The notes under the pieces: model-generated
Told to the model about the DNA's origin: nothing
What the model saw: only the letters and a program-made list of their open reading frames with translations
The model's database searches: none
Made by a program: the position numbers and the translations under genes
DNA from: Vicugna vicugna
Taxonomy: Eukaryota
Direction: 5' to 3'
Assembly (NCBI GenBank): GCA_013265495.1
Contig: MU058065.1
Coordinates: forward strand, 1,648,364-1,712,363
DNA: 64,000 bases
Part shown: positions 1-11,600 of the stretch, piece after piece
Position numbering within the stretch: the stretch's first letter is position 1
How the letters are laid out: each line of letters begins with the position of its first letter

Positions 1-827
1 TGCCACAATTTATTGAGCACATCATATGGCATTAGGACATGTTAACAGTTTGCTTATGCAGTCGTGTGGAAAGAGCGGTGAGCCTGAATGAACAAAGTAG
101 TTGCATCGGCCACCAAGGATACTGATTCCAGGGAAATAGAGGAGAATTTGAGGAGGAGGAAGAGGAGTATGATTACTCTTTGATTATCATTTTAATGACT
201 TAACATTGCATTTCAAGATTATTAAAATGTCCCATTGTTTTTCTACTTTTGTAGAAAGTCTTTTCTTTTTTGCTGTTTTATTTGCCATTATCTTGGAGAT
301 TACAGAGAGACAGAAAACCACTCAGGCATCTTAATCTTCCCCAGCATAAGCTTCTTTGCACTGCAAGTAGCTCTGTTTCACTCCAAGAAGAAAAAGATAA
401 TTTGGTTTTTGAAAAGTTGTGGATAGAATACTTATGTCATTTATAAATACCCCTTTTTTATAAGAAACAAGGGCTTGTTGTACTTTCATCAAATTTTTTA
501 AAAAATTAATAATATTGTTGAAGTTGGCAATCATACTTAATTCACATACAGAATGCAATTTAGAAAATCAAGTTTTGTTAGTGTTCCGTAGTATTTTTTA
601 TTAGTTCCTTGGCATCTGCATTTGAAAGCAGGTTACAGCTCAACCCGCTTATAATTTGGATCCAAAATAAGCATTTTACATGGCTTTGCATCTGCCTGTC
701 CCCATTGTTTACATCAAATTAGTCAGGCAGACTCTTTTCATTGGTTTGTTTTCAAGAAAACACAGAGTTGTTTGCATTTTTGCTATATTCAGATTCTTAA
801 CAAGATCCTAGCAAAAGCTACACTCTG

Positions 828-1186
828 TATCTTTTTTTTTTAAGATTCCACATATAAGTGATATCATATGATAATTTACAAGCCAGAAATAGATTCACAG
901 ACATAGAAAACAAATTTACGGTTACTAAAACCATAGGGGGAAGAGAGATAAACTAGGATTTGGGGATTAATAGATACAAATGACTATATATAAAATAGAG
1001 CAGCACTAATTGTGCAGTACAGGGAACTGTATTCAATATCTAGTAATAACCTATAATGGAAACTAATATGAAAAAGAATATATGTATGTATATATAGCTA
1101 TACATATGTATCACTGAATCACTTTGCTGTACACCTGAAACTAACACAACATTATAAATCAACTTTACTTCCATTAAAAAAAAAAA
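828..1186 (+). mobile_element. 5'-truncated L1 3' end with 5' inversion
   Basis: L1 3'UTR (...gctgtacacctgaaactaacacaacattataaatcaac) plus poly(A) on +; ~828-870 is the adjacent L1 segment in reverse; TSD aaaagctacactctg (813-827) / aaaagctatattctg (1183-1197). Confidence 0.85.
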
Positions 1187-1499
1187 GCTATATTCTGAGC
1201 TCTGGACATTTGTAGTTCTTTCCTGAGTGTCTCTTTCTGTTCCTGTTGTTTCTTGAAAGATATCATACTGTAATAGGAAGCATGTCTCTTTTACGCCTTC
1301 TCTCAGACATCTGTCTCTGCCCTTAGACTCTCTGTGGCAGTGCAGGTCACAGGACCTCCTCTGTGAGCACCCAGGGGACCGTGTGGGAGGGTGTGTGGAG
1401 CGTCTGTCCCTCTCCCCCTGGGGAGAGATTCCGTTGCAATCCAAAGAGTGAACACAAGTCACCTAAGTACACGAGGGGGGAACACCTGCCTGGTGACTG

Positions 1500-2090
1500 G
1501 GGTGGGAGGGTTGTTTCAGACCTTTGTGGCAGCAGCAAACCATATGATGGGAGCACATCCAGGGAACTAGAGCAAAGCCCCATGGGTTGGTCACAAAATG
1601 CAGAGTTAGAGAAGAGTCTGGAGGTTGACGGAGAAGCCAGAGTCAGAAGGGAATTGGGGACCTCTGGCATATGGATGTCAGTTAAAGTCATTGGACCAGA
1701 TGAGAAAGAAAGGAGTCTCAGGGAGAGCTTAAGGTAGCATTACAAGTCGCCAAGATAAGGGCGAACCAGTAGAGGTGGTCACCATTCAGGAGGAAGCAGA
1801 ACCAGAGTAGAGTGTGGTCACGGAAACAAGAGATAGATGGGTTTCAAGACGGAGGGAGTGGCCACGGCCTTAATTCTGCTGAAAGGTCAAGGAAGATGTG
1901 AAGAAAGAGACTTTCCTTGCAGAGTACAGCAACATGGGTTTGTTCGTGACCTTGGCAAGTGCAGCCTCTGGGAGGTAATGGGGTCAAAAGCTCAACTGGA
2001 GTGAGTTGTGAATGGAACACAAGGTGAGAAAGCAAAGGCAGCAAACTCACTGCAGCTGCTTGAAGGAAGCCCCACATGTGCCTGAAGAGG
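1500..2090 (-). mobile_element. L2 LINE fragment (old)
   Basis: Purine-rich L2-like tract (e.g. aattctgctgaaaggtcaaggaagatg, gtgaccttggcaagtgcag); boundaries approximate. Confidence 0.55.
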
Positions 2091-2274
2091 ACATTTTCAA
2101 GCAACGTGCTCACCCGGTCAATGACAACTTACATAAAGTATCTCCTTATGCAAAAAGCCTTGAAAGAAACCAAACAAAGTGATTCTGACCCATCTAAATT
2201 GTCCTGTTTTGGAAGATCTCCTTTATGTTACGTCTTCACGTGGAAAGAACCATTAAGAACAGTCTGTCTGCCCG

Positions 2275-2425
2275 TCTTGGGGAGTGATAGAAATGTTAGC
2301 TATCTTCATTGTGGTGGTGGTTTTGTGGGTGTATCCATCTATCAAAATTCATAAAATTGTACATGTGAAATATATGTAGTTTACTGTATGGGAACCATAC
2401 CACAATAAAAGTGTTAAAAAAAAAA
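2275..2425 (+). mobile_element. Old L1 (L1ME/MD-like) 3' end
   Basis: tatcttcattgtggtggtggtttt...tatcaaaattcataaaattgtac...aataaaagtgttaaaaaaaaa. Confidence 0.65.
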
Positions 2426-2481
2426 GTTTCTCACTCTCTAAGACTGATTATCTGATGTTTTTCTTTCCTTTTCTACCACAG

Positions 2482-2665
2482 AATAACAGACTGAGAAAAT
2501 ACGCCTTTGAATTGAAAATGAATGACCTGACCTATTTTGTGTTGGCGGCTGAAACGGAGTCAGATATGGATGACTGGATCCACACCCTCAACCGTGTCCT
2601 GCAGATCAGTCCAGAGGGGGCCCTTCAGGGCAGGAGGAGCACGGAGCTCACGGATCTGGGGCTGG
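2482..2665 (+). CDS. DOCK10: DOCK10 exon (window exon 1), end of PH domain
   Basis: ccacag|AATAAC...CTGG|gtgag; [41 protein letters not shown]...TDLGL; 184 nt, phase 0 to 1. Confidence 0.95.
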
Positions 2666-5600
2666 GTGAGCTTCCCTCCCTTTGCCCAGTGCGACCTGTG
2701 CATCTGGTTCATTTCAGCTCCTAGTAACTGTGGTAGCCATCAGGTCTGGCTCATCCAATGCTGAGTTGTTTGCTCCAGGAAATCACCCCTAACCTTTTAC
2801 TTTTACTAAATAGCCAGAGTCACCAGCCAGGGGGATGATTTTGAGTTGACTGGCCAGGATCTGAGGCTGACACCGAGCAAATGATCCTGAGAATCGTTTG
2901 TCAGCAATATTAAAAATGTGCCCATGACTGATGGGATGTGAGCAGGGCTATTCTGTGTTTTATAGCTTTTCTTTAAATTTAATTAATGAATGCTATACTC
3001 TATAAAGGCAAATAGGCATTGCTTCCTTTTAGTTGAAAGGCATCTTTCACGTGTGCTTTTGACCCCACTGAGATCAGCCTGAAGGAGAGTTCCATACATT
3101 TTGCGTGATGTTAGAGAGCTTTATAAGATAAGAAAATTTTCTTCTGTCCATCCTAATTCTTTCTTAAGTTTCTAATCCATCCTAGGCAAAGAGAAGAGAG
3201 TAAGAGAGAGGAAAGAAGGGGTGAAAAGTAGGGGAGAAAAACAGGTCCATAGCCACGTGGAAGACAAGTTCACCCTGTCACCTCTCCTATAGGAAAACTA
3301 TTTTAAGACATTTTGCACAACACCGTGGTGCATTAAAACCAAAAAGTCTTTAAGTTCTGGTAGTCTTAAGTATCGTGGGAGAGAGTCACGGAATAATGAG
3401 AAAGAAAATGATTATTGATTTTAGCACCACTGCTATATACCATAGTTATACCTTCTTGATTTACTGAATAATAATCAACTAGATTACTGTTCAGAGAGTC
3501 TTAAAGAGTTTAACTAACTGAAGGTGGAATGTGGGTTTTAAATTGATGACCTGAGAGTCAGAATTATCAAAAATATATACATATGTAAGAAAACTTTGGT
3601 ATGCGTTGATGAAGTCAGCCAAGTAAACATGCAGTATTGAACGGGTCCAGGGTCCTTATGGGCACAGGATGGTGTCATGGGAAGAATCCCCAAATGGTCT
3701 GATTTCCAAACCCAGCTCTTCTAACAATACCAGAGCCAGGACTCAGTGAAGGCGTCTGCTCACCAGCCCTCATCGCTCATGAGTCGAACCCAGTTTTGAG
3801 ATGTCACAGGCTAGGGAAACGTGTGATTCATGAGGATTATTTAATAACCCGGTCTTGGTATGTCTTTTCAAGATTCCCTGGATAATTCTATAACTTGTGA
3901 ATGCACGCCAGAGGAAACAGAGTCTTCAGAGAACAGCCTTCACCCTGACTTCACCAAAGTAATAAAGCTGACATTTGACTATGCAAATAAACTTGCATTA
4001 CTTGTGACTTACTGCTTTTATGGAAAAGATGGAAATGCTTTCTTTTAAGATTTAGACGAAGCAGTCCAGCAGTCAAAAAATAAGAGCATGTTTTTATAAG
4101 GTTGGCCGAGTGTTCCTGGATGATATTAAAAGCAGAAATAATCCCAAGGAGCTACACCTTGGCCATGTGGGTGGGGCTGGGCTGTAGGTAACCGGCTGTT
4201 TAGATGCGAAGCGCTAACACGGTTTTCTCTGTAGTACCTCACAGAAACAGAAGAGACTGTCAAAACAACTCGAAACTTGGAGAGGCTGAATCTGTTCTCC
4301 CTGGATCCAGATATAGACGTAAGTTGGAATTCTCTCTAAGCAGACGTGAACTTGATTTGTACGACTGTGGTTTATAATTTGGAATCTCTTTTCTTGTGAT
4401 GTGTATTTGTCGAGTGAAACTTTCCAAATTTGTTTCAGAGCTTGAAATTTCAGAAAAAGGACCATTTAGAACCTGAGCTTGTGATCAAACCATTCGAAGA
4501 AAAAGCTGCCAAGAGAATCATGGTCATTTGTAAAGCTCTCAACTTAAATCTTCAGGGATGCGTTACAGAGAATGAAAATGACCCGGTAACAAATGTAAGT
4601 TTCTCTACCACTTACGTCCAGTACCAGTCAGCCAACATCAAGCACCCCAGTCAGAATCTTTTCTATTCCTGATAGTCCCAGGCACTGAGTTCATACCCTC
4701 TAGTGGACCAGGGGGTATGACTGACACATTTTCCCACATGACAAAAGTGCACAATGTTCTGAAGTGGAATTGTCAACATACTGCCTTCAAATTCCCCTTT
4801 TAGCTTAAAGAAAGAAGCATCAAAGGGACTAGCTCTAAAATGCATCCCATTAAATCAGCACAGGGGTTCAGAGTCTCCAAAGATACTGTTTGTATCTTCC
4901 TGGTGGAACTTGAGATGGCTTTTAAAACAACACATTTATTTTAATATTTGTATGTTAATTTTAATGTATGTTAGAGAGTATTTATAACGAACAAGTCCAT
5001 CTTGTGATTTCACAGCTATTACTGCTTAAGACAAGGCTAGATAGTGACCCAAGTGAAATAATATTAGACAAATGTTAAATAAATAATACATGTAAATGGC
5101 AGGAAAAAAAGATGCTTCACTGATATTTTGGGAACATCATTGTGCTCATTAAATCAATACAAGATGTTCTTCCTACCAAGTAGGCTCTCTTGACAGTTCT
5201 CTCTTAGTATTCTAGGGGACAATTCTATACTAATTGTAAATTTATGAGAAGGAACGGGACATTTTTTGAGAATAGACATTATTAAAGGTTGAACTATAAA
5301 GAAGACAATAAAAATCATTCATAATCCTACCATCAAAAATCAGTGTTACTGTATCAATATGTTCCCTTTCATTCTTTTTTAATGCATTCTGACCTAATTT
5401 CTAGTAAATCAGTTGTCATCTTTCACCTTAACAGATCCATGATATAAGCCACATTTGCTTTTGGAAGGGAAAAACAGCATTAAGTTTTCTCTGCAAGTTG
5501 CACACGCATTCCCCTACACGTCTCTATTTATGATGGAGTGAAGCGAGCCTTGTTAGTCTGACAGAGAGTGGCTGGCAGAATGGGTGGGGTCTTTCAGAAA

Positions 5601-8600
5601 GACTCTAACACCTACTGCCCTTGGGTCTCCAGGCACCTCACTATTCTCTGAGCATCCTTCTTCCTGGTAGTGCAGAGGGATATCTGTAGATGCTACGGAC
5701 CTCAGATTTAACGAGGAGAATCAAGTAGCACGCGTCTGGCTTTCCCACTTGCCCCTGGTGCCACACTGGGCAGGTGGCTTTACCCTCAGTCTCCTCCTCT
5801 GTAAATGGGGAAAAATAACAGGAACTAAAAGTCATTGTGAAGATTAAACGAGGTAATATATGGAAAGTATTTAGACAGTGCTTGGTGCATAGTGAGCACT
5901 TGTTAAATATTCACTGTTATTCTAATACGTGGGAAATTGCTTTGAAGTTTATACATACGATGCATGCAAGGTATTGATATTTTTGATGCTACATGCGAGA
6001 TTCTTGTTGACAAGTGAGCTAAAACGGAAATGTATCACCAGAAGGGAAGAGCCCTCAAAGTGAAGCTTCGTCATGTTTTGTGACTGTAACTGTGCACTAA
6101 GTATGTGAATAAGAGTGAACGTCGTTGAAGTCAAATGTATTCTTTCTCCAGCAAACACTTTTTCAGTGAGTCAGACTTGTTCTAGGTACGGGAGGAACAG
6201 CAGGGAGCGAGATGGACAAGACCCCTGGCCTCTTGAAGATTAGATTCTGTTTTGAAAAGACAGGGAGTAAATAAGAAAACAAGAAAATAATCAAGATGAT
6301 TGTGCATTATGCAAAGTTCTTTCAAATAAGTCACTGTAGAGAGATGTGATGCAGAGGAACTGGGAAAAGGGCTGCCTCAGGTGGGGTGAGCCTGGAAAGC
6401 CTCTCTGAGGCGGTGACATTTGAACAGAGACCAAAGGTTGAGAAGGATGAAGTCAGGTCAGGGGAAAAGGTTGCAGGCAGAAGAAAGAACACATGTGCGT
6501 GCCCTGAGACAGATAAGTCGTAGCAAGTTCTAGGGACTGACGGGAAAGGCAGGCCAAGATGGGGGGGAAGAAACAGTGCGGGGTAAGATTAGGCAGGGTC
6601 TTATAAGCTGTAGTGATGAGCTCGGATTTATCCTAAGTGTGAGTGGAGGCTAGTCAAGGTTCTAAAGCACTTTAAAATGGTGTGATCTAATTTGTGTTTT
6701 TAAAGCATCCCATCAGAAGAATGGATTGGAGGAAACAAAACAGTTGACCAGGGAAGGCAGTTAGAGTCTCCTGCCACAGTTCACAGCATGACTGGCATGA
6801 GGGCTGGCCAGGAGGAAGGAGAGAAATGGATGGATATGACTGATGCTTTGTAAATTGAACTGAAAGTTTTTTCCGATATGTTGGGTAGACAGGATGGGGG
6901 TCGGGGAGGAATCTCACGGATGAGTCCCTAGCTGTTGCTCTGAACACTTCTGTTCATGGTGGTGCCAGGAGAGGGCTAGACTGGAGAAAGAGTACTTTTG
7001 GGGGATCCAAGCCAAAAAGTCCATATGGACATGTGAAGCTTGGTAGCCTATTAGAGACCCAACTAGAGATGTCCATTGGGCAGATTCAAGTACAGGTTTG
7101 GAATTCAAGGGAGTGGCCCGAGCAGAGATGTGAATTTGGACGTCTAATCCAGGCGGTTACCTAGAGGGAATCATGTAGGAATTTCTATGTATATAGAAAA
7201 GGGGGCCAGAAGAATTTAACCTAAGTCATAATGTCATTTAATCATTTTAGTCACTAAAAATAAGAGCTCTCTTTGGCTAGGTGCATCCTTAAGGGCGATT
7301 TAAAAATCAAATTAAAAAACTGAAACTCAGAGATCCTGGGCTTTTCTTTTCAGTGCCAGGGGCATGTGACTCCTCCCATGTGGGTTCTTGTCTTCATGCT
7401 AAAGCTCCCGGTCAGAGGCTAAGTGTCTGTGTTTGGGCCGGTCTAGCCAAGCAAGAGAACAGGTCCAAGTTCAGAGAGTAGCTTTCGTGAGCCCTTTCAT
7501 ATCTGGTGGGGCAGAGGGATAAGTCGATTTTGACTGCTTTGTATGTCTGTATTTTTTATTTATTTTACACTTGATATAAATGTTAAAAAACTAAGTAAGA
7601 TTTTGTTTTTAATAATTTCATTGTGCTTGCAAACAGTAGTATAAAAAACTAACAAAACAGCCTTATCTGAACTCAGATAATAATAATAATAATGGTATTA
7701 TTTTTTAAATCTTTGTATGTTTATTCAGTGATAATTCTTTTAATAATGTCACTACTTTTAAACGCATTGTTTTTTAATCAGTGAGGATGCTTTTAAATTA
7801 ATTGAAATATTTCTCCAAGTTGCTGAAGAGCCAACTATTGCATTTAATAAATAAGCTTCTGAAAAGACACTTTAAAACTTTTTCATGATGGGGAAGTGAT
7901 ATTTGACAGCATGTAATTTTTCAGTCAGTCAATTGCAAACCAAATTCAAGTTGGTGGTTTTATACTGTAAAATATTTCTTTGAAGATGGAAATCGATTCC
8001 CAAAATCTGAACTAACAAAGCTGCCTCACAGCAGAGCTACATTTAAAATATCATATTCTTGGTTTTTTTCAGGTAAAGTGCAGGATTCTAAACATAAGAA
8101 ACCTATGGCTTAACTTGTTAGGCTGTGAAGGTGTTTTATTAAACAAATTCTTACTGAAAAGCCAGTGATTCAAAAAGTAAGATGTGACATTTAAGTTGAA
8201 AAGGTGGATTGGAAGAAATAAATGAATCGCCATATGAGCTTTGGTTTCTGATGGGCTGTCAAAGTAGGTAATTTATTTCCATACAGGAAGCAGAAATGAA
8301 AATCAAAATGCAGCAATTCACACACACACACACAAAATAAGGATTTTTTTCCCTTTGACCTTCAGTATGTTTGGGGTTCCTACCTGAGTTATTTCCATGT
8401 AATTTTGTGTCTTTCAACTCTTGGCAGACTCACCACTACCCCAAACCAAGAGTTTTTCTAAACTAAATTAAATTGGTAAAATATAAAACTTTTACTTTTT
8501 AATTGTCTTATTTTTTTTGAAGATAACTTACTGAATTTAATTTTATATGTGTAATTCTAACATTAAGGGAGCTGGCAAGTATTGCTAATATTAAGAAATT

Positions 8601-11600
8601 AAACTAATATGCCTGTTGCAGGCCATAATACTGCATTTCAAAGAACACAAGATACTTATTAAACATTCAGCAAATCCACATTGGGCGAGTCCGTACAGTG
8701 ATGAACTGAGTCACAGTGTGGCTTTTGTGTATAACGCTTGTCCACAGAGTACTGGTGGATGATCAATTCAAAATTAAGTAGCAAAAACACAAGTAAAAGT
8801 GTTTTGGTAAGTATAGTCATCTTAAGAAGCCAGTAGTTAATTACATATGCATGTGTGTAATTATTCATATGCATTATACATTTATATGTCCGTGTATACA
8901 ATTACATATACATGTATTTATTTCAATTCTTGTTTTATTTAATTTCCATTGTATTTGAAGTTTTTCTAGTTGAAAATTATTTCTTTCTTGAGTCTCTTTT
9001 CTTCAGTTTCTGTGATACTTTGGCAGCATTTAACAATTTTTATTGGCTTGTTTTTAAAAATCTCTCTCCACTACCCCCATCTCCTTTATAAGCTGTTTCC
9101 CCTACTTACATCTCTATCCTTTGCATCTTCATATTTCCCAGGATGCCATTCTGATTCTCTTCTTTTTATCTCATGGCTTAAATAGAATCTCTGGGGCTCA
9201 GATTTCTGGGCTGAAGACACATATATCCAACTGCTCCTGGAATGTCCTACAGGTGACTCTCCATGTACCAAAGAATCCATCTTTGTATCTTTATTGTGTT
9301 GGTGAATGACATTGTCGTCCACTTAGTTTTCTAGAGCCCTAAGCCTGGAAATTTTCTCTTATTCACGCTCCTATAAACCTCTCTCTCTAACCAACCAACA
9401 CATGCACGTGTGCAGTGGGTTTCCAAGTACCTCCTTAGTGTCTCTCAAATGCATCTTCTACAAACACATCTTAATTTTTAATTCCACTCTCATCTCACTC
9501 TGATGCTCTAGTCCTGCATTCTTTCATGTCTCCGTGTCTTTGCCCCTGTCACTCAACCTGCTAGAAGCCCCTTCTGACCTCCTCTTTACCTAATTCCTAC
9601 TTCTTTAAAAACTTAACCAAGAAATCTTTCCTTTCCTTTCAATTTTCCTTTCCCTTCCTGTTTTCCCTTTATCTCACATCTTCTTCCTTCCTAGCGTGGT
9701 GACAAGAAGTGAAGGGGGCAGTCACATAGAGGCTTGGAGCACAAGAACTCCAGATGGTGGTGGGGAGAAAGCCACATGGAGGCTCAGAGGTGCCATGCCC
9801 TTGGACTTGTCGAGATATGGGGCACTGCACAGGGTGGGACAGAGCAGGCAACTAGAGAAGATGGCGACTGTGGTTGGAAGATGGATTACTTTGAAACAGC
9901 AAGTAAATTGATTAAACAAATGAGGAAATAGATTAATGATAATGAGAGCCAAGTTTTTGACTCTTGGAAGAAATACTTAAAATATGCAAAAGGGACAAGC
10001 TAGAGGGAACCTTTGAGGATTTGGATTGGAAATGGAAGTATCGACATGAACCCATAAGTTTTTAATAAATATTCACGTACAGGTAGATATAAAGAACTCA
10101 TTGTAGCTGCGAATATTGTACGTATGTGTATGTACGTGTGCGTGTGTCCCAGAAACAATGAGTATAACAAGCACTCCAATCTTGGTTCTTAAATGTCACC
10201 CTCACTAACAGGAACAGGGCTCTTGGAGGAATGGCTGGGGCATGGAAAGTACAAGATAAGCCTGGAACATCTTGGATAAAGGGGTGCTCAAGAAGATGGG
10301 GAGCTGCTGTAAAGGCACAGGTGCCACCGTGAAGGGTTTACCTCTAGACAAATCTGGGGCAGTTTGAATATTGCTGTAAATAATGATAGAAAGAGATGGA
10401 AATTTACTGATAAAATAGCAATTCATGAGTCTATACATATATATATATGTGTGTGTGTATATATATATACACACACATACACATGTATCTCTCATTTTTA
10501 ATCTCTATATATGTATATATGTGTATATATTAATATATGTATATAGGTATAGATGCATATATGTATGTACATATATATGTGTATTTATATACATTAAAAA
10601 TGAAGGATAACAGGGGGAGGAGATAGCTCAGTGTTAGAGTGCCTGCCTCACATGCACAGGGTCCTGGATTCAATCCCCAGTACCTCCACTTAAAAAATAA
10701 ATAAATAAATAAATCTAGTTACCTCTTCCCTAAAAAAACAAAAAATGAAGGATAAGGGAAAGCCCATCATTACAGCAGAATACCAACTAACAAATATAGA
10801 AAGATTAGTGGAACTAGAAGACCACCGTTGGTAGTCCTCATAGTGGGGGTTGATTCCAGTGGGAGTTATGAATTGGGTGGATTGGGTTTGACGAGTAGCA
10901 GGACATTGGGGTAATCTCAGAATATATCTCCAAAGAGGCTAATCACATACCAAAGGGAAAATGGAGACATCATAATGGAGAAAACTGGAAGACGCCAACA
11001 TGACCAGAATGTTTGGGTTAACACTACCGGTGGTGAGACCGTTGACTTTTTGTGTTTTCAATATGATGAACTATGAAAATCAAACATCAAACTGAAGTAT
11101 TACTGCCCCAAAATAGAATGACGTGAGTCTGACAATGAGGAATCATCAGGATACTCACATTGCAGACGTTCACTGAGCGTGTAAGGGAAATAACTAGAAA
11201 TTTTTAAGGTTGAATTTGCATATAATACAACATATGAAAGAGAATATTTGGCAGGAAAAGTCAAATGAAGAAACCAACAAAATACAGTGCTGGGATCTGA
11301 GGCAACCACTGGTAGAAAGGATTCTGGGAACATTCTTACAAATACTACTTTTTAATATCATATATAATATACATACTGAGTATATTTTATATATATGTAC
11401 TATAATTATATATAGTTTTATAATATATTTATTACACATAATATATTATCACATATTATAAATAGAAATATTATACTACGTATAAATAGAAGTATTTTAT
11501 CTACTGCCTTACTAAATAGTGTACCGAGAGGCTATTGCTTGTGTAATGATTTTATGCCACACCATCAATTGTTTCTTTTTCCCACAGATTGAACCATTTT

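Larger units (their letters stand above)
9860..11340 (+). mobile_element. Old L1 (L1MC-like) 3' region interrupted by a TA-rich repeat and a SINE
   Basis: ggaacagggctcttggaggaatggctg, gacaatgaggaatcatcagga, tgggatctgaggcaacc resemble L1MC 3'UTR; boundaries approximate. Confidence 0.55.

Noticed and set aside
4693..4721. Small hairpin cataccctct...agggggtatg with CTCF-like half sites
   Set aside because: Stem too short for a pre-miRNA, and the CTCF core lacks the conserved GGC; likely chance.
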